A stretch of 64,000 nucleotides of DNA, from assembly GCF_030144855.1 (NCBI RefSeq), contig NC_082706.1, forward strand, positions 20,584,001 through 20,648,000, read 5' to 3'. The stretch comes from Hypanus sabinus (lineage: Eukaryota). The notes beneath the pieces are model-generated. The model did no database searches, was not told the origin of the DNA, and was given only the letters and a program-made list of their open reading frames with translations. This document shows, piece by piece, positions 23,876 to 37,650 of the stretch (its first letter is position 1; each line of letters opens with the position of its first letter). The position numbers were made by a program, and so were the translations under genes.

Positions 23876-24354
23876 AAGTTAAAGACAGCAACTTCCCTCA
23901 ATAAAAGCAGGAAGAAGGGTGAGCAACCTGACTCCCTTTCCAGGATTGCAGCCCAACTTCCCAGTACATTCCGTTCATTCAGCATCTGCCATTATCTTAG
24001 GTCATCAATCTCAGTAGATTTTAGAGTGAATTTCATGTTTTAACCATCAGAAGATTGAATCGTCACCTGAGTGATAAGTGGAAGGCACAGGTTATATTTA
24101 AATTGTATTTATGGATCTAGGGTTCAAAGATCAACTTTGTTCTCCATGTATATTTGCATAGGAATTTGCTGTGTTGTGTTAGTGTGATGTGCAACAAAAT
24201 GCAACCGCATTCAACAATTATAAAGAATAAGGAATTGTTTAAAAAATAGAGATTAAAATGTGGATATGGAATAGAATGTGCATAAATAGATAATTACCAG
24301 CATGCATTTACAATGTTATCAACATAATAAACAGTGATTTAATAAGATCACAAG

Positions 24355-26843
24355 GCTGTAAGACTTAGGAGCTAAATCCCCTGCTTTCTCCCCATACTCT
24401 TTGATGCCCTGGTTGATAACCTATCTATCTCTGCCTTAAGTACATCTAGTGACTTGGCCTCCACAGCCGCTCGTCGCAAAAAATTCCGCAGATTTACCAC
24501 CCTCTGACTAAAGTAATTTCTCTGCATCTCAATTCTTAAAGTATGTCCTTCAATCCTGAAGTTGTGCCCTCTTGTCCTAGAATCCCCTACCATGGGAAAA
24601 AACTTTCCTATATCTAACCTGTTTAGGCTGTTTAACATTTGGAATGTTTCTATGAGATCCCCCCTCATTCACCTGAACTCCAGGGAATACAGCCCAAGAG
24701 CTGCCAGACATTCCTCACACGGTAACCCTTTCATTCCTGGAATCATTCTCATGAATCTTCTCTGAACCCTCTCCATTGTCAGTATATCCTTTCTAAAATA
24801 AGGAGACCAAAACTGCACGCAATACTCCAAGTGAGTTCTCACGAGTGCCTTATGGGGTCTCAACATCACATCCCTGCTCCTATATTCTATACCTCTAGAA
24901 ATGAATGCCAACATTGCATTCATCTTCTTCACAACCGACTCAACCTGTATGTTAACCTTTAGGGTATCCTGCACAAGGGCTCCCAAATCTCCTTGCATCT
25001 CTGCATTTTGAATTCTCTCTCCATCTAAATGATAGGCTGCCCATTTATTTCTTCCACCAAAGTGCATGACTATACACTTTCCAACATTATATTTCATTTG
25101 CCACTTCTTTGCCCATTCCCCTAAACTATCTAAGTCTCTCTGCAGGCTCTCTGTTTCCTCAACACTACCTGCTCCTCCACCTATCTTTGTATCATTGGTG
25201 GAATTAACCACAAATCCCTTAATACTATAGTCCAAACCATTAACATACATCATAAACAGTAACGGTCCCAACACCAGCCCCTGTGGAACTCCACTGGTAA
25301 CTGGCAGCCAGCCAGAATAGGATCCCACTCTCCGTTTTCGCCCAACCAGCCAATGCTCCACCCACTTCCCTATAATTCCTCGGGCTCTTATCTTGCTAAG
25401 CAGCCTCATGTGCGTCACTTTGTCTACTACATCTCCTTTGCCCACCCTGCTTGTAACTTCCTCAAAGAATTGCAGTAGGTTTGTCAGGCAGGATCTTCCT
25501 TTCAGGAAACCATGCTGGCTTTGGCCTGTCATGTCATGTTCCTCCAGGTACACCATAATCTCGTCCCTAACAATTGATTCCAACAACTTCCCAACCACTG
25601 CTGTCAGGTAACAGGTCTATAGTTTTCCTTCTGATGCCTCCCACCCTTCTTAAATAGCGGAGTAACATTTGCAATTTTCCAGTACAATGGAACAATGGTA
25701 CAATGCCAGAATCTATCAATTCTTGAAAGATCATCATTAACACCTCCATAATCTCTCCAGCTACTTCCTTCAGAACCAGAGGGTGCATTCCATCAGGTCC
25801 AGGAGATTTAACCAACCTCAGATCATTAAGCTGCCTGAGTACCTTCTCAGTGTTAATTTTCACTGCACAAACCTTACTTCCCTGACACTCTTGAATGTCT
25901 GGTATACTGCAGATGTCTTCCACTATGAAGACTAATGCAAAATATGCATTCAGTTCCTCTGCCAGCTCTGCATCTTTCATTACAATATCTCCAGTGTCAT
26001 TTAGTATTGGTCCTATATCTACCCTAGTCTGTTTTACCCTTTATAAACTTAAAAAAGCTTTTAGTATCTTCTTTGATATTAGTCACCAGCTTCCTCTCAT
26101 AATACAACTTTTCCTTCCTAATGATCTTCTTAGTTTCCTTCTGCAAGGTTTTAAAAGCTCCCCAATCCTCTAGTTTCCCACTGCCTCTGGCTTCCTTGTA
26201 TACCCTCTCTTTTTTTTTCTTTGGCTCTGACCTCACTTGTCAACCACGGTAGTGTCCTACTTCTCTTTGAAAATTTCCTCTTTTTTGGAATATATCTGTC
26301 TTGCTCTTCCCTCATTTTTTGCAGAAACACCGGCCATTGCTACCCTGCTGTCTTCTGCAAATGTCCCTTTCCAGTCAACTTCGGCCAGTTCGTCTCTAAT
26401 GCCATTGTAATTTCTTTTATTCCACTGAGATACCAACACATTAGATTTTACTTTTCACCTCTCAAATTGTGATCACTATTCCCTAAGGGTTCCTTAACCT
26501 TAAGCTCTCTTATCACCTCTGGATCATTTCACAACACCCAATCCAGCACAGCCGATCCCCCAGTGGGTCCAACAACAAGCTGTTCTAAAATGCCATCCCT
26601 TAGACATCCTAGAAATTCTCTCTCCTGCAGTCCATTAATGGCCTGGTTTTCCCAATCCACTTTCATGTTAAAATCCCCAACAATTATCATGACTTTGCCT
26701 TTCTGATATGCATTTTCTAACTCCTGCTCTAATTTATAATCCACATCCCAGCTGCTGTTTGGAGGCCTGTATACAACTACCATTAGGGTCCTTTTAACCT
26801 TGCCATTTCTTAACTCAACCCACAGAGACTCTGCACCTTCCTG
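24355..26843 (-). mobile_element. Long CR1 ORF2 remnant (APE endonuclease part plus RT)
   Basis: 'ESLWVELRN..VVYRPPNS..IIVGDFN', 'KSPGPDGMHP', 'QHGFLKGRSCLTNLLQFF', 'SGVPQGLVLGPLLF', 'HLEYCVQFWSP'. Confidence 0.95.
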
Positions 26844-27361
26844 AGTGCTTACAGCGCATGGTAGTGACTGGGATAGATAGAGGGGTGCAGGGGTATAAGT
26901 AGAATGGTAGATCAGGCTACATGCCTGTAGGGTCACCCATGACACTAAGATCAAGGGGAAGGTTCCAGACAAAGCGTGATCCACCCAAGAACTCAATGAT
27001 GGAGTTGGCAGAAGATAATGACAAATCACACTGTCAGTGAAGATGGAGGAAGGTTGAAACAGTGAAAAGTCACCAGTCGTCTTGCAGTCCATGCCACTAG
27101 GCCCACACCCCAAACCTTGCAGTGGTTGCCTGTGCATCAGCACATTAAACAATTAAACAATGGAGGAATGGCAGAATCTCTCATCACGACTTTATCCAGG
27201 AGCAGAGGAACAGTACATTCCCCATGAAGAGACAAAAGCTGGAGATTAGACATAGGAATACCAGCAGAGCATGGGAGGCACAATGAGCGACACTGTGAGA
27301 CAAATCATTCCCCCAAATACACAGTAGGACCCACCAATAGATAACTCACCCACCAACATCA

Positions 27362-29930
27362 AACTCAACTGGAGTGACCACACTACTCACACTACATTCT
27401 GCCTCAGTTCACTTGCTCCTGAAAATAACTTCCATGTTTTTGCAACTCTAGATTTGACTCTGCTGTTCCAATCCCACCTTCCTCCTTACTCTACCCTTTG
27501 TAAACTTGACATCCGGCAGGATCCGATATTTCACGTTCCAATCATCCAACAATTCACTTCTCACCAGCTCAAGTAAAACATTATTTGGAAATTCCTATAT
27601 TTTAATTTCAAATCCCCCCCCCAATGCCTCACCCTTTCATAACTCTATAATCTCCAAGTTATCTGCAGTCCACCAATTCTAATTGCTTGATCATCTCAAT
27701 CTTAATTACCCCACCAATGTTCCCCTTATTTTTTACAGCTGCATGGACCAACCATTGTTCTGAGCTGTAAATATTCACATGGCCTGAAAACTGCATGGCA
27801 CTTTAAATGTTTTTTTATTGTAAAATATACACACTATGTATACTTAGAACAAAAGTTGAGAAATCACGTACTTTTGATTTTATTTATTTATTTGAAGGGT
27901 ATAATGAAATACAATACAACAAAGAAGTTCTTTCACATTTCGCAAACTTCTAGCTGTATCCAATTCCAGCTGTGTAGTGTTACGTATTCAGGCAGCAATA
28001 AATATATGAGTTCGACAAGGGATTTTACAACAAATAACACTTTTATTAAACACTGAAAACAAACCCCCCAAAAGTAAACAAACACTACCGTAACCAGAAA
28101 CAGCTGCTGCGCGGCAGCTCAAACAGTTCTTAAAACAATGTTGCAAAAACAGTTCTTTAAAGTAGTATTGCCAAAAGTTCAAAAATGCTCACAGTCCATT
28201 TAAAAGGAGAGACTTTATAAGACGATTTAAATTCTCTTTCACGTCGTTTTGCTTCAATCCCCGACATCGAACTTTTCCCACGAAGACTTCACGAAACGAA
28301 ACGGCTTAAAGGCACTGACCTTTCCTTTGTCACACTGTCCTCCATCTTCTGCTATTCCGCAGAGATTAACATGAGAACAGTCAACGAATTCCTTCTGAAT
28401 AAGGATTAAACAAGGTCGAACCCGTTTCACCGTCAAAATAGATTCTCCTCGATCTTTAACTCCCAAACTCCGATCTTCACTCTCCACTGATCCTCAACTA
28501 GCAGTATTGTAAAGAAACTGCTGGCAATTTAACCTTTTAAACTTTAGGCATTAGATAAAAACTTCATCCTTCAACTAAACTGCATCATCGCATTAAATCA
28601 TGCAGCGGCATGAAGTCAACATGGTAAATCCAGCCACGAACTGCCCCTCCTCACAGGGTGGGGTCTTCCTTTTATAACCTGTAAAAAAAACCTGTCACAT
28701 GATCTCTACTGGTGGGAAAATGATGACACTCCACCATCACAAGAACATTACCTCAAGTCCAGTATAGCTTCAACCCCAGTCACGTGACAAGGGTCCCACT
28801 GTCATGTGTCACGAGTATGTAACAGTAGCAATGAAGTCAATGTACGTGGGAGCATTTCAGTTATTGCGCAGCCTCACACCCACACAGCTTACAGGGAACA
28901 GTGTTCCTCACTATTTGTAGCTACATTGCCAGCTGTCAAGTCACTCTATTTTTAAATTTCTGCTTTAAAACTCTACCTCTCTACCACTCTTTTGTCAGTG
29001 AGGATGCTCTTTAAACTGAACCTGGTTGACCAAGCTTCTGGATATCTGTCAGTATATCGCCTCATGTTGCTCACTGCCTAGCATAGGAACAAAGGTATAA
29101 GCAGAAAAGGGATTTCCGAGGAGTTAATTGCATAAAATATACTTACACTTGTGAAGGAGCTTAAAGCCAGTGAACATAAGTATGACATTGTCAATAATAA
29201 ATCCAACAGGGAAAACATCAGCAAAATCATTATCTAGAAAATACTTTGCAAAGACATGTGAAGGAACTTCAATGCAACTTGTTTTTTGAGGGGAAAATTA
29301 TGCAGACCTATGACACAAGAAATGCAAGAACCACCACAGATGCTGGAAATACTGAGTAAAATGGGGGAAGAACTCTGCAATTTTGACAAACTTCTATTGA
29401 TTTGTACTGGTGAGCATATTGACTGACTGCATCACAGCTTGGTATGGAAACACCAATGCCCTTGGGTGGAAGATCCTACATAAAATAGTGGATACAGCCA
29501 GTCCATCATGGATAACACCTTCCCCAACATCAAGCACATTTACAAGGAGATCTGTCATAGGAAAGTAGCATCCAACATCAGGAACCACCACCAGGCAGGA
29601 CATGCTGTCTTCTCACCGCAGAGATCATGACTCACACCATCAGCTTCGAGAGCAGCTACTACCCTTCAACCATCAAGCTCTTGAAACAAAGGGGATAACT
29701 TCACTCAACTTCACTTGCCCCATCATTGAATGTTCCCACAACCAATGGACTTACTTACAAGTACTCTTCGTCTTATTTATTATTCTTCTTTCTTTCCTTT
29801 TGTATTTGCACAATTTGTTGACTTTTGCACATTGGTAGAACACTTAAGTTGATGTGATCTTTCATCGATTCTGTAATGCTTATTATTCTATAGATCTATT
29901 GAGTATCCTGGCAAAAAAATAAATGTCAGT
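27362..29930 (+). repeat. Local duplication, copy 1 (with solo LTR insertion)
   Basis: Collinear with 51631-53250, including unique-looking DNA and shared TE junctions. Confidence 0.85.
27978..28824 (-). mobile_element. Solo LTR (847 bp)
   Basis: tgttacgtattc..gagtatgtaaca inverted ends, 4-bp TSD gtag (27974-27977, 28825-28828), TATA and AATAAA on the minus strand; absent from the paralogous site at ~52118. Confidence 0.88.
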
Positions 29931-30019
29931 TGAATACAGTATTGTATGGAGGGTGCAATAGTTCAATCTAAAACCAGTGTATTATGCCTAAACAAGGAAA
30001 AATACAACAGGATGAAGGA

Positions 30020-32465
30020 GGAGTTGGATTGGGTAGTCTGGGAACAGGCTATATGGTGGGATGGTTGAGGAATAGTGAAAGCTGTTCAAAGAGATTCTTC
30101 ACGGTGCTCAACAAAAGTATACTCCAGTTAAAAGCAAGGACAGTAAGGGTGGGGAGAGCCAACCATGGATAACTAAAGAAAAAAAGGAAGGCATCAAATG
30201 AAAATCTTGTGCATATAAAGTCTCCAACAGTAGTGGAAGATTGGGAAAACTTTAAAAAGCACCATAGAACCACTAAGCGAGCAATAAAGAGGAGATAGAT
30301 TATGAACTAAACTAGCACAAAAAATAAAAATGGATAGTAAAAAAGCTGAAAAGGGTGGCCAAAGTGAACACAGGTCCCTTGGATGATGAGAAGGAGGAAT
30401 TGATCTTGGATAATGAGGAAATGATCGTGGCTTTAAATGACTATTTTGTGTCAGTTTTCACAGTGGAGGTCACGTCTAACGTGTCAAAGAGAGATGATGT
30501 TGGTGCGATGGGAGGTGAGGACCTTGATACAATAGCTATCACTAAAGAGGTAGTGCTGAGCAAACTTGTGGGCCTGAAGATAAAAAAGTCCCCGGTCCTG
30601 ATGGAATGCATCCCATGGTACTGAAAGAAAGGTATTGCACTTTGGAAGGAAAAACCAATGTAGAACGTACAAGGTTAATGGTAGGACACTGGGGAGGGCA
30701 GTAGAACAGAGGAATCTAGGAATACAGATGCATAATTCCCTAAAAGCGGCATCACAGGTAGATAGGGTTGTAAAGAGAGCTTTTGGCACATTGGCCTTTA
30801 TAAATCAAAGTATTGAGTATAAGAGTTGGAATGTAATGGTGAGGTTGTATAAGACATTGATGAGGCTGAATTTGAAGTATTGTGTGCAGTTTTGGTCATC
30901 AAATTACAGGAAGGATACTAATAAGGTTGAAAGAGTGCAGAGAAGGTTTACAAGGATGTTGCCAGGACTTGAGAAACTGAGTTACAGAGAAAGGTTGAAT
31001 AGGTTAGGACTTTATTCCCTGGAGCGTAGAAGAATGAGAGGAGATTTGATAGAGGTGTATACAATTATGATGGGTATAGATATAATGAATGCAAGCAGGC
31101 ACTATCCACTGAGGCTAGGGGAGAGAAAAAATAACAGAGGACATGGGTTAGGGGTGAAAAGGGAAAAGTTTAAAGGAAACATTAGGGGGAGCTTCTTCAC
31201 ACAGAGAGTTATGGGAGTGTGGAATGAGCTGCCAGTTGAAGTGGTGAATGCGGGCTCACTTTTAACATTTAAGAAAAACTTGGACAGGTACATGGATGAC
31301 AGGGATATGGGCCAGGTGCAGGTCAGTGGGACTAGGCAGAAAAATGGTTCAGCACAGCCAAGAAGGGTCAAAGGTCCTGTTTCTGTGCTGTAATGTTCTA
31401 TAGCTCCATGGTTCTAAATGGCAGAGGTTATAGTTGAGACAATCAATTGGTGAACAGTGTGCCACAGCGGTTGGTGCTGGACCCGCAACTATTCACAATA
31501 TACATTAACGCTCTAGAAGAGGGGACAGAGTGTAGTGTATCTAAGTTTGCTGATGACACTAAATTAAGTGGGAAAGTAAACTGTGCAGAAGATACAGAGA
31601 GTGTACATAGAAATATAGATAGGTTAAGTGAGTGGGCAAGGATTTGCCAGATGGAGTACAATGTTGATAAATGTGAGGTCACCCACTTTGGAAGGGAAAA
31701 TGGAAGTTCAGATTATTATTTAAATGCTAAAAAATTGCAGCATGTATCTGTGCAGAAGGATTTGGGAGTGCTTGTGCATGAATGGCAAAGGGATGGTTTG
31801 CAGGAGCAGTGGGCTGCAAGAAGGCAAATGGAATGTCGACCTTCATTGCTAGAGGGATTGAATTCAAGAGCAGGGAGGTTATGCTGCAATTGTACAGGGT
31901 ACTGGTGAGGCTGCATCCAGAGTACTGCATGCAGTTCACTTCTTACTTGAGGAAGGATATACTGGTTTTGGAGACGGTGCAGAGGAGGTTCACCAGGTTG
32001 ATTCCAGAGATAAAGGGCTTAGACTTTGAGTTGCCAGGGACTGTACTGGATGAAATTCAGAAGGATGAGAGGAGATCTTATAGCAACATCTAAAATTATG
32101 AAAGGGATAAATAAGATTGAGGCAGGAAAGTTGTTTCCACTGGTAGGTGAGACTAGAACTAGGGGACATAGCCTCAAGGTTCAGGGGAGTAAACTTAGAA
32201 CAGAGATGAGAAGGAACTGCTTTTCCCAAAGAGTGGTGAATCTGTGGAATTCTCTGCCCAATGAAGCAGTGGAGGCTCCCTTAGTTAATATATTTAAGAC
32301 AAGACTGGATAGATTTTTGCATTGTAGGGGTTAATTGGGTTATGGGGGGAAAGCAAGTAGGTGGAGATGAGTCCATGGTCAGATCAGCTATGATCTTATT
32401 GAATGGCGGAGAAGGCTTGACGGGCCAGATGGCTGACTCTTGCTCCTATTTCTTATATTCTTATA
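30020..32465 (+). mobile_element. CR1 ORF2 remnant interrupted by a second CR1
   Basis: 'ALNDYFVSVFTVE', 'VSKFADDTKLSG', 'TRTRGHSLKV..FSQRVVNLWNSLP'. Confidence 0.9.
30628..31415 (+). mobile_element. Nested CR1 3' part (different subfamily)
   Basis: ORF 30635..31393 'HFGRKN..YCVQFWS..GLYSLERRRMRGDLIEVY' with its own tail. Confidence 0.9.
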
Positions 32466-33635
32466 CGGTAGCATATATGTACTTTGATAATAAATTCACT
32501 TTGAACTTTGAAGTGAGGCAGCATCTGCGAAGGGAAATGAACAGTCAATGTTCCAAGGCAAGTTCCTGTCCTGATAAAGAAAACAGGCGCACGTGGACTT
32601 GAACTACTGGCAAAAGAATATTTAAATTAAAGTAGTCAAATGATCCACCTCATCCCTTTTAATCAAACAAACAACTTCTCTTTATGTTCCCCTGATGATG
32701 TATATTCAACAAAGCTAATAGAATGAATATTTCAAAGCAGTATGTGCAAAACATATTATCTTCCTGAACATGGTATTATATATTGAGCAGACAGCTGGTT
32801 ACATGAAGTAGCTCAATAGATCAAATAGTTCTTCCTGTTCAGCTAATAGAAAAGTACTCCCCCATACCCCTAATTCTCAAATCACAATTCACTCGTAGGA
32901 GACTGGCATCTATCACAGTCTTCTGGGATGCCCTCCTTCAGAGAATGGAAAACATTGATAAATCACTAAATATGTACCCAAGATTAGCCAAAAATCTGCT
33001 GTGTGCTCCAAGCGGCATTGCAAACATATGGATGGTGGTGAGGAGGTAAAAGTGGACTATAGATGAGGTCTCCCTGCACCATACCTGCAGCACACTGAGA
33101 AATGTGTTTCCATTCACATGTATTATTTGCTGACAGATAACTGCACTATTTAATGCATGATATTAATCAATTTTAATGTGGTTTAAATGATATTTTGAGA
33201 TTTAATTTTCTCCAACACACTAGGTAATGCGTCCATGAAACAATTCCTTTGTGCACCATTTTAACCCATTCATTTTAATCAGATGTTGACTCATTTATTA
33301 TAACAACGATTTCTCTTTTTATTTTAAACCATGTCATTAACCCATTTACTTGCAGAGGCTAATGGTTATGCTAATGTAGTGCACAGAGGCCTTTCATGGG
33401 GATTTTACAGCTCTAACTAGGAGAAATTAAATTCTGCTGACAATACAAATTGACATCTCAGCAGAATTGAAATTCAGCTATTGGTCCACGCAAATAATTT
33501 CCAAGTATATAGTCAGGAAAACAAAGAGTTGTGAAAGGAAGATTAGCTATCTCCTGCTGTTGACAATATAACTCAATACAATATTGCTTCAAACAATTGC
33601 CAATATTCAAGAAGAGAGCAGAATATATCTTAGGC

Positions 33636-34035
33636 ACAAGAGGTACTGCAGATACAAGTAATACGTGGGAGGCGCTCAGCAGGTCAGGCAGCATCTATGG
33701 AGGGGAATAAACAGTTAACATTTTGGGCCAAGAACCTTCATCAGGACTGGAAAGTGAGGGAGAAGAAATGCGAATAAGAAAATGGGGGTGGGGGAGGGGA
33801 GGAAGAAATATAAGCTGACAGGTGATAGTTGAAATCAGGAGAGAGGGTGAAGGAAAGAGCTGGGAAGTTCATTGGTGAAAGAGATGGGCTGGAGAAGGGG
33901 GAATCTAATAGGAGAGGACTAGGCTAACAAAGAAGAAGATGGAGGAGCGTCAGAGGATGGTGATGGACAGGTAAGAAGAGAAGGTGTGGGAGGGAAACAT
34001 GAATGGGGAATGGCGAAGGACAGGAGGAGGGGACA
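33636..34035 (-). mobile_element. Penelope 3'UTR/pLTR fragment
   Basis: Minus strand 'cagtcCTGATGAaggttcttggcccAAAAtgttaactg' plus purine-rich tract on +. Confidence 0.75.
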
Positions 34036-34424
34036 ATATATTTTGACTTGTTGTCAGACTTTAATGCTTTAATCTTTGTGGAATACCAGAGCAAAACTGT
34101 GTATTCGTGTGAGAAGAGAGAAGCATTCCTCTATAATGATCTTTTGAAGGAACCTTACATCAGTGGGCATGTAATAAGCTAAAGCAGAATAGAACATAGA
34201 TCATAGCAGCACAGAACAGGCTCTTCAGCCCACAATGTTGAGCCAACCTTTTAACCTGTCTAAGATCAATCTAACCCTCCCTTCTACATAACACTCCATT
34301 TTATATCACCCGTGCCTATCTAAGAGTTTCTTAAATGCCCCTAATGAGCCTGCCACTATCACCACCCATATACTTACCACCCTCTCTGTAAAAAAACTTA
34401 ACTCTGATGTCTCTTTGTCTCTTT

Positions 34425-35052
34425 ATTACAAAGGGAATTGAGTACAAGAGCAAGGAAATCCTTTTGCATTTGTACAGGGCCCTGGTGAGACCACACCTGG
34501 AGTATTGTGTACAGTTTTGGTCTCCAGGGTTAAGGAAGGACATCCTGGCTGTAGAGGAAGTGCAGCGTAGATTCACGAGGTTAATTCCTGGGATGTCTGG
34601 ACTGTCTTACGCAGAGAGGTTAGAGAGACTGGGCTTGTACACACTGGAATTAAGGAGATTGAGAGGGGATCTGATTGCAACATATAAGATTATTAAGGGA
34701 TTGGAGAAGATAGATGCAGGAAATATGTTCCAGATGCTGGGAGAGTCCAGTACTAGAGGGCATGGTTTGAGAATAAGGGGTAGGTCATTTAAGACAGAGT
34801 TAAGGAAAAACTTCTTCTCCCAGAGAGTTGTGAGGGTCTGGAATGCACTGCCTCGGAAGGTAGTGGAAGCCAATTCTCTGGATGCTTTCAAGAAGGAGCT
34901 AGATAGATATCTTATGGATAGGGGAATCAAGGGATATGGGGACAAGGCAGGAACCAGGTATTGATAGTAGATGATCAGCCATGATCTCAGAATGGTGGTG
35001 CAGGCTCGAAGGGCTGAATGGTCTACTTCTGCACCTATTGTCTATTGTCTAT
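34425..35052 (+). mobile_element. CR1 3' part with open C-terminal frame
   Basis: ORF 34407..34964 'LYRALVRPHLEYCVQFWSPGLRKD'; (CTATTGT)n tail. Confidence 0.93.
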
Positions 35053-35394
35053 AAAGAGGATTTTCGCTTTTACGAAAATTTTTCCCATATAATTTAACGG
35101 TTCTTCACTTTACGCCATTTTGGCTTAAGAAAGGTTTTATAGGAATGCTCTACCTTTGTAAAATGGGAGGGGAACACTTGTAATCACACAGATGTCAACT
35201 AGATGAGGATTAGGAGACATAGTCTCATGACTCAGGGGGGATGGATTTAGACTAGAGATGAGGAGGAGAGTAGTTTATCTGTGGGATTCTCTGCCAAAGA
35301 ATGGTAGAGGCTATCTCATTAAATACATTTGAGGCAGAATTAGATAGATTTTTGCATAGAAGAGATATTCAGGGCCAAGGGGGAAAGATTCAAT

Positions 35395-36252
35395 GATTCA
35401 AAAATTCAAAGTTTCCAAGTACATTTATTATCATAGAATGTATAAATTATATAACCTTGTGATGTGTCTGCTCACAGGCAGCCACATAGCAAGGTTCCTT
35501 AAGAAACCAATTAAAAAATAGAAAGATCACTGCACAGAGAAAGAGAAAAACACTCACATCATACAAACAATAGAAGCTAGCAACAGCAATCCCAACCAGA
35601 TTGTCCTTAGATCCAATCCCCGGAGCAGCTGGAGTAGGCCCAGGCTTTGATCTTCCCAAGCCGAAGCAATTCATGCCCTTGGCACCATGGAGAGAGGAAG
35701 AAGCATCACGGGAGAGTGAGGAAAATCAGCCTGACCCTCACCTCTGGTCCTGACTCTCAGGCTTTTCATCTATCTGGAATGACATTTAAATTGTCCAAGC
35801 ACCTGGTAGTGCATCACTCTAGGACCTGGACCCCCGCACAGTGATATGCTTGGTCCACCCAGCATGAAGCCGTTCTTGATCTCACCAAATCGGCTCGGTG
35901 CTTGGAGTGATCCAGCCTTGCACCTGGGTTAGGTAAATGGGCTTCGAAACTCTTCTGCATTGACTTCTCTCCAAAACACTCCCTCAAACTCCATCTCTGA
36001 CAGTGATACCAACTCCATCTACGACCTCCCCCCACCTTGAACATGTTGCACTTCGACCTTGCGATGCACCAACATGGTTCATCCTTTGAATCAGTTTCAC
36101 CTTCGTTGCTTCTTCATTGTTTGTGCTGATAGTTGACCATAATTTACTTCAGAAAAGTTGTTCTTAGTAATGCTTTCAGTCCAATTTCTTGCCTTCTGAA
36201 CTATCAGTACACTGCTGCACACCTTTGGTAGCGCCATCGTAAACCGGAAGTT
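35395..36252 (-). mobile_element. Non-coding element with Rex1-type tail, nested in a CR1 end
   Basis: Minus strand starts 'acttccggtttacgatggcgc' and ends in an 'ataaatgtacttggaaactttgaa' tail; same design as 62858-63618. Confidence 0.55.
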
Positions 36253-37169
36253 CTTTCCGGCAGGTCAGTGGAGCTGAATCCGCGGCCAGATCAGCCATGA
36301 ACTTTCTGAATGGTGGAGCAGACTCCATGGGTCGGACAGCACGCTTTGCTCCACAGGCTCCAGTCTCCAAGTAAGGCTATGGCTAAAATAAGAACTTCCA
36401 TTTCAAAGGCACAAGAGATTTCCTCAGCCGGTGTGTGTAAAACGTGAGACATATTAGAGATGGAGGTTTAGAAGATGCTTGCTTTGTTCAATGTAAACTA
36501 CTGTAAATATCTGAGTGTCTTGCTGGGTTTCTTAAATTCTAGCAAGTAGGTTGAACAGAGTAGTCCTGCATAGCTGAGACACAAATAACCCAAAGTTAAT
36601 TAAAAGCTCTTGACAGACTGCCTTTAGAATCTTTTTATGGATATTGTTGCAGTGCAAAGAACAGTTTCTCAGGTAACACAATCTTTACAGATGTAACAGC
36701 CTAACTGTTTACAACAGTACGGATACTGCATTAATAGGAATTTGAACATTTGATCATTAAGAATTTATTAGACGATTTGTAGGTAAGTTAATGATTCTAA
36801 GACAAAAGGATCCTGTAACTGGCTTCATGAGCAGAGAGGCTGTTTCTCAATTATTAAACTTTGCTAGTAGCTTGACCCAAAGGAGTAAGGACTCAATTTA
36901 ATTGTCAATTCTTTTTTCTAAAATAGATAAAACACCCTTTTATTATATGATACGTATCTTTTTTATTGAAATTATGAAGACGAGGACATAATGGATATAC
37001 ATGCTGAGATAAGCTTCTCTGAATCATGAGATATGGAGATAACAATCACCCTTTGTGAAATCATTTACTTTGTAAATAAAAATAAAAATCTACTCACTGG
37101 AGAAGCAATACTATGTGGAATGTAGAAAGTCGAACATTTGTCCTTCCACTTGTCAGCTGTTTGATCTGA

Positions 37170-37650
37170 AAATTCAAAGTTCAAAATAAATTTATTATCA
37201 ATGTACATATATGTCACCGTATACAACCCTGAGATTTATTTTCTTGTGGGCATACTCACTAAATCCAAGAAATAGAATAGAACCATCAAAAGACCACACC
37301 CAACAAGATGGACAAACAACCAATGTACAAAAGGCAACAAATGGTGTAAATACAAGTGAAAAATAATGATAATAAGAAATAAATATCGTGAACCTGAGAT
37401 GAACAGACCTTGAAAGTGAGCTCCTAGGTTCTCGTGATGCCCAGTATCCCCAGTTCAGTATCCCCACTAATACAAGAATATATTTGTATACTGCGCAGTG
37501 GCCCTTCCATGCCAAACGGTAATGCAACCAGTTAGGATGCTCTCCATGGTACATCTGAAGAAATTTGCCAGAGGATTTGGTGACATACCCCAGTCTCCTC
37601 AAACTCCCAATGAAAAATAGCTGCTGTCGTGCTTTCTTTGTAATAACAGG
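37170..37650 (-). mobile_element. Rex1/Babar fragments with (TTTGAA)n tail
   Basis: 'ITKKARQQLFFIGSLRRLG'. Confidence 0.7.

Noticed and set aside
24669-25598. 309-aa ORF (also 30635-31393 and 34407-34964) as functional genes
   Set aside because: Truncated CR1 ORF2 pieces; the 309-aa ORF has the RT FADD motif degraded to STND
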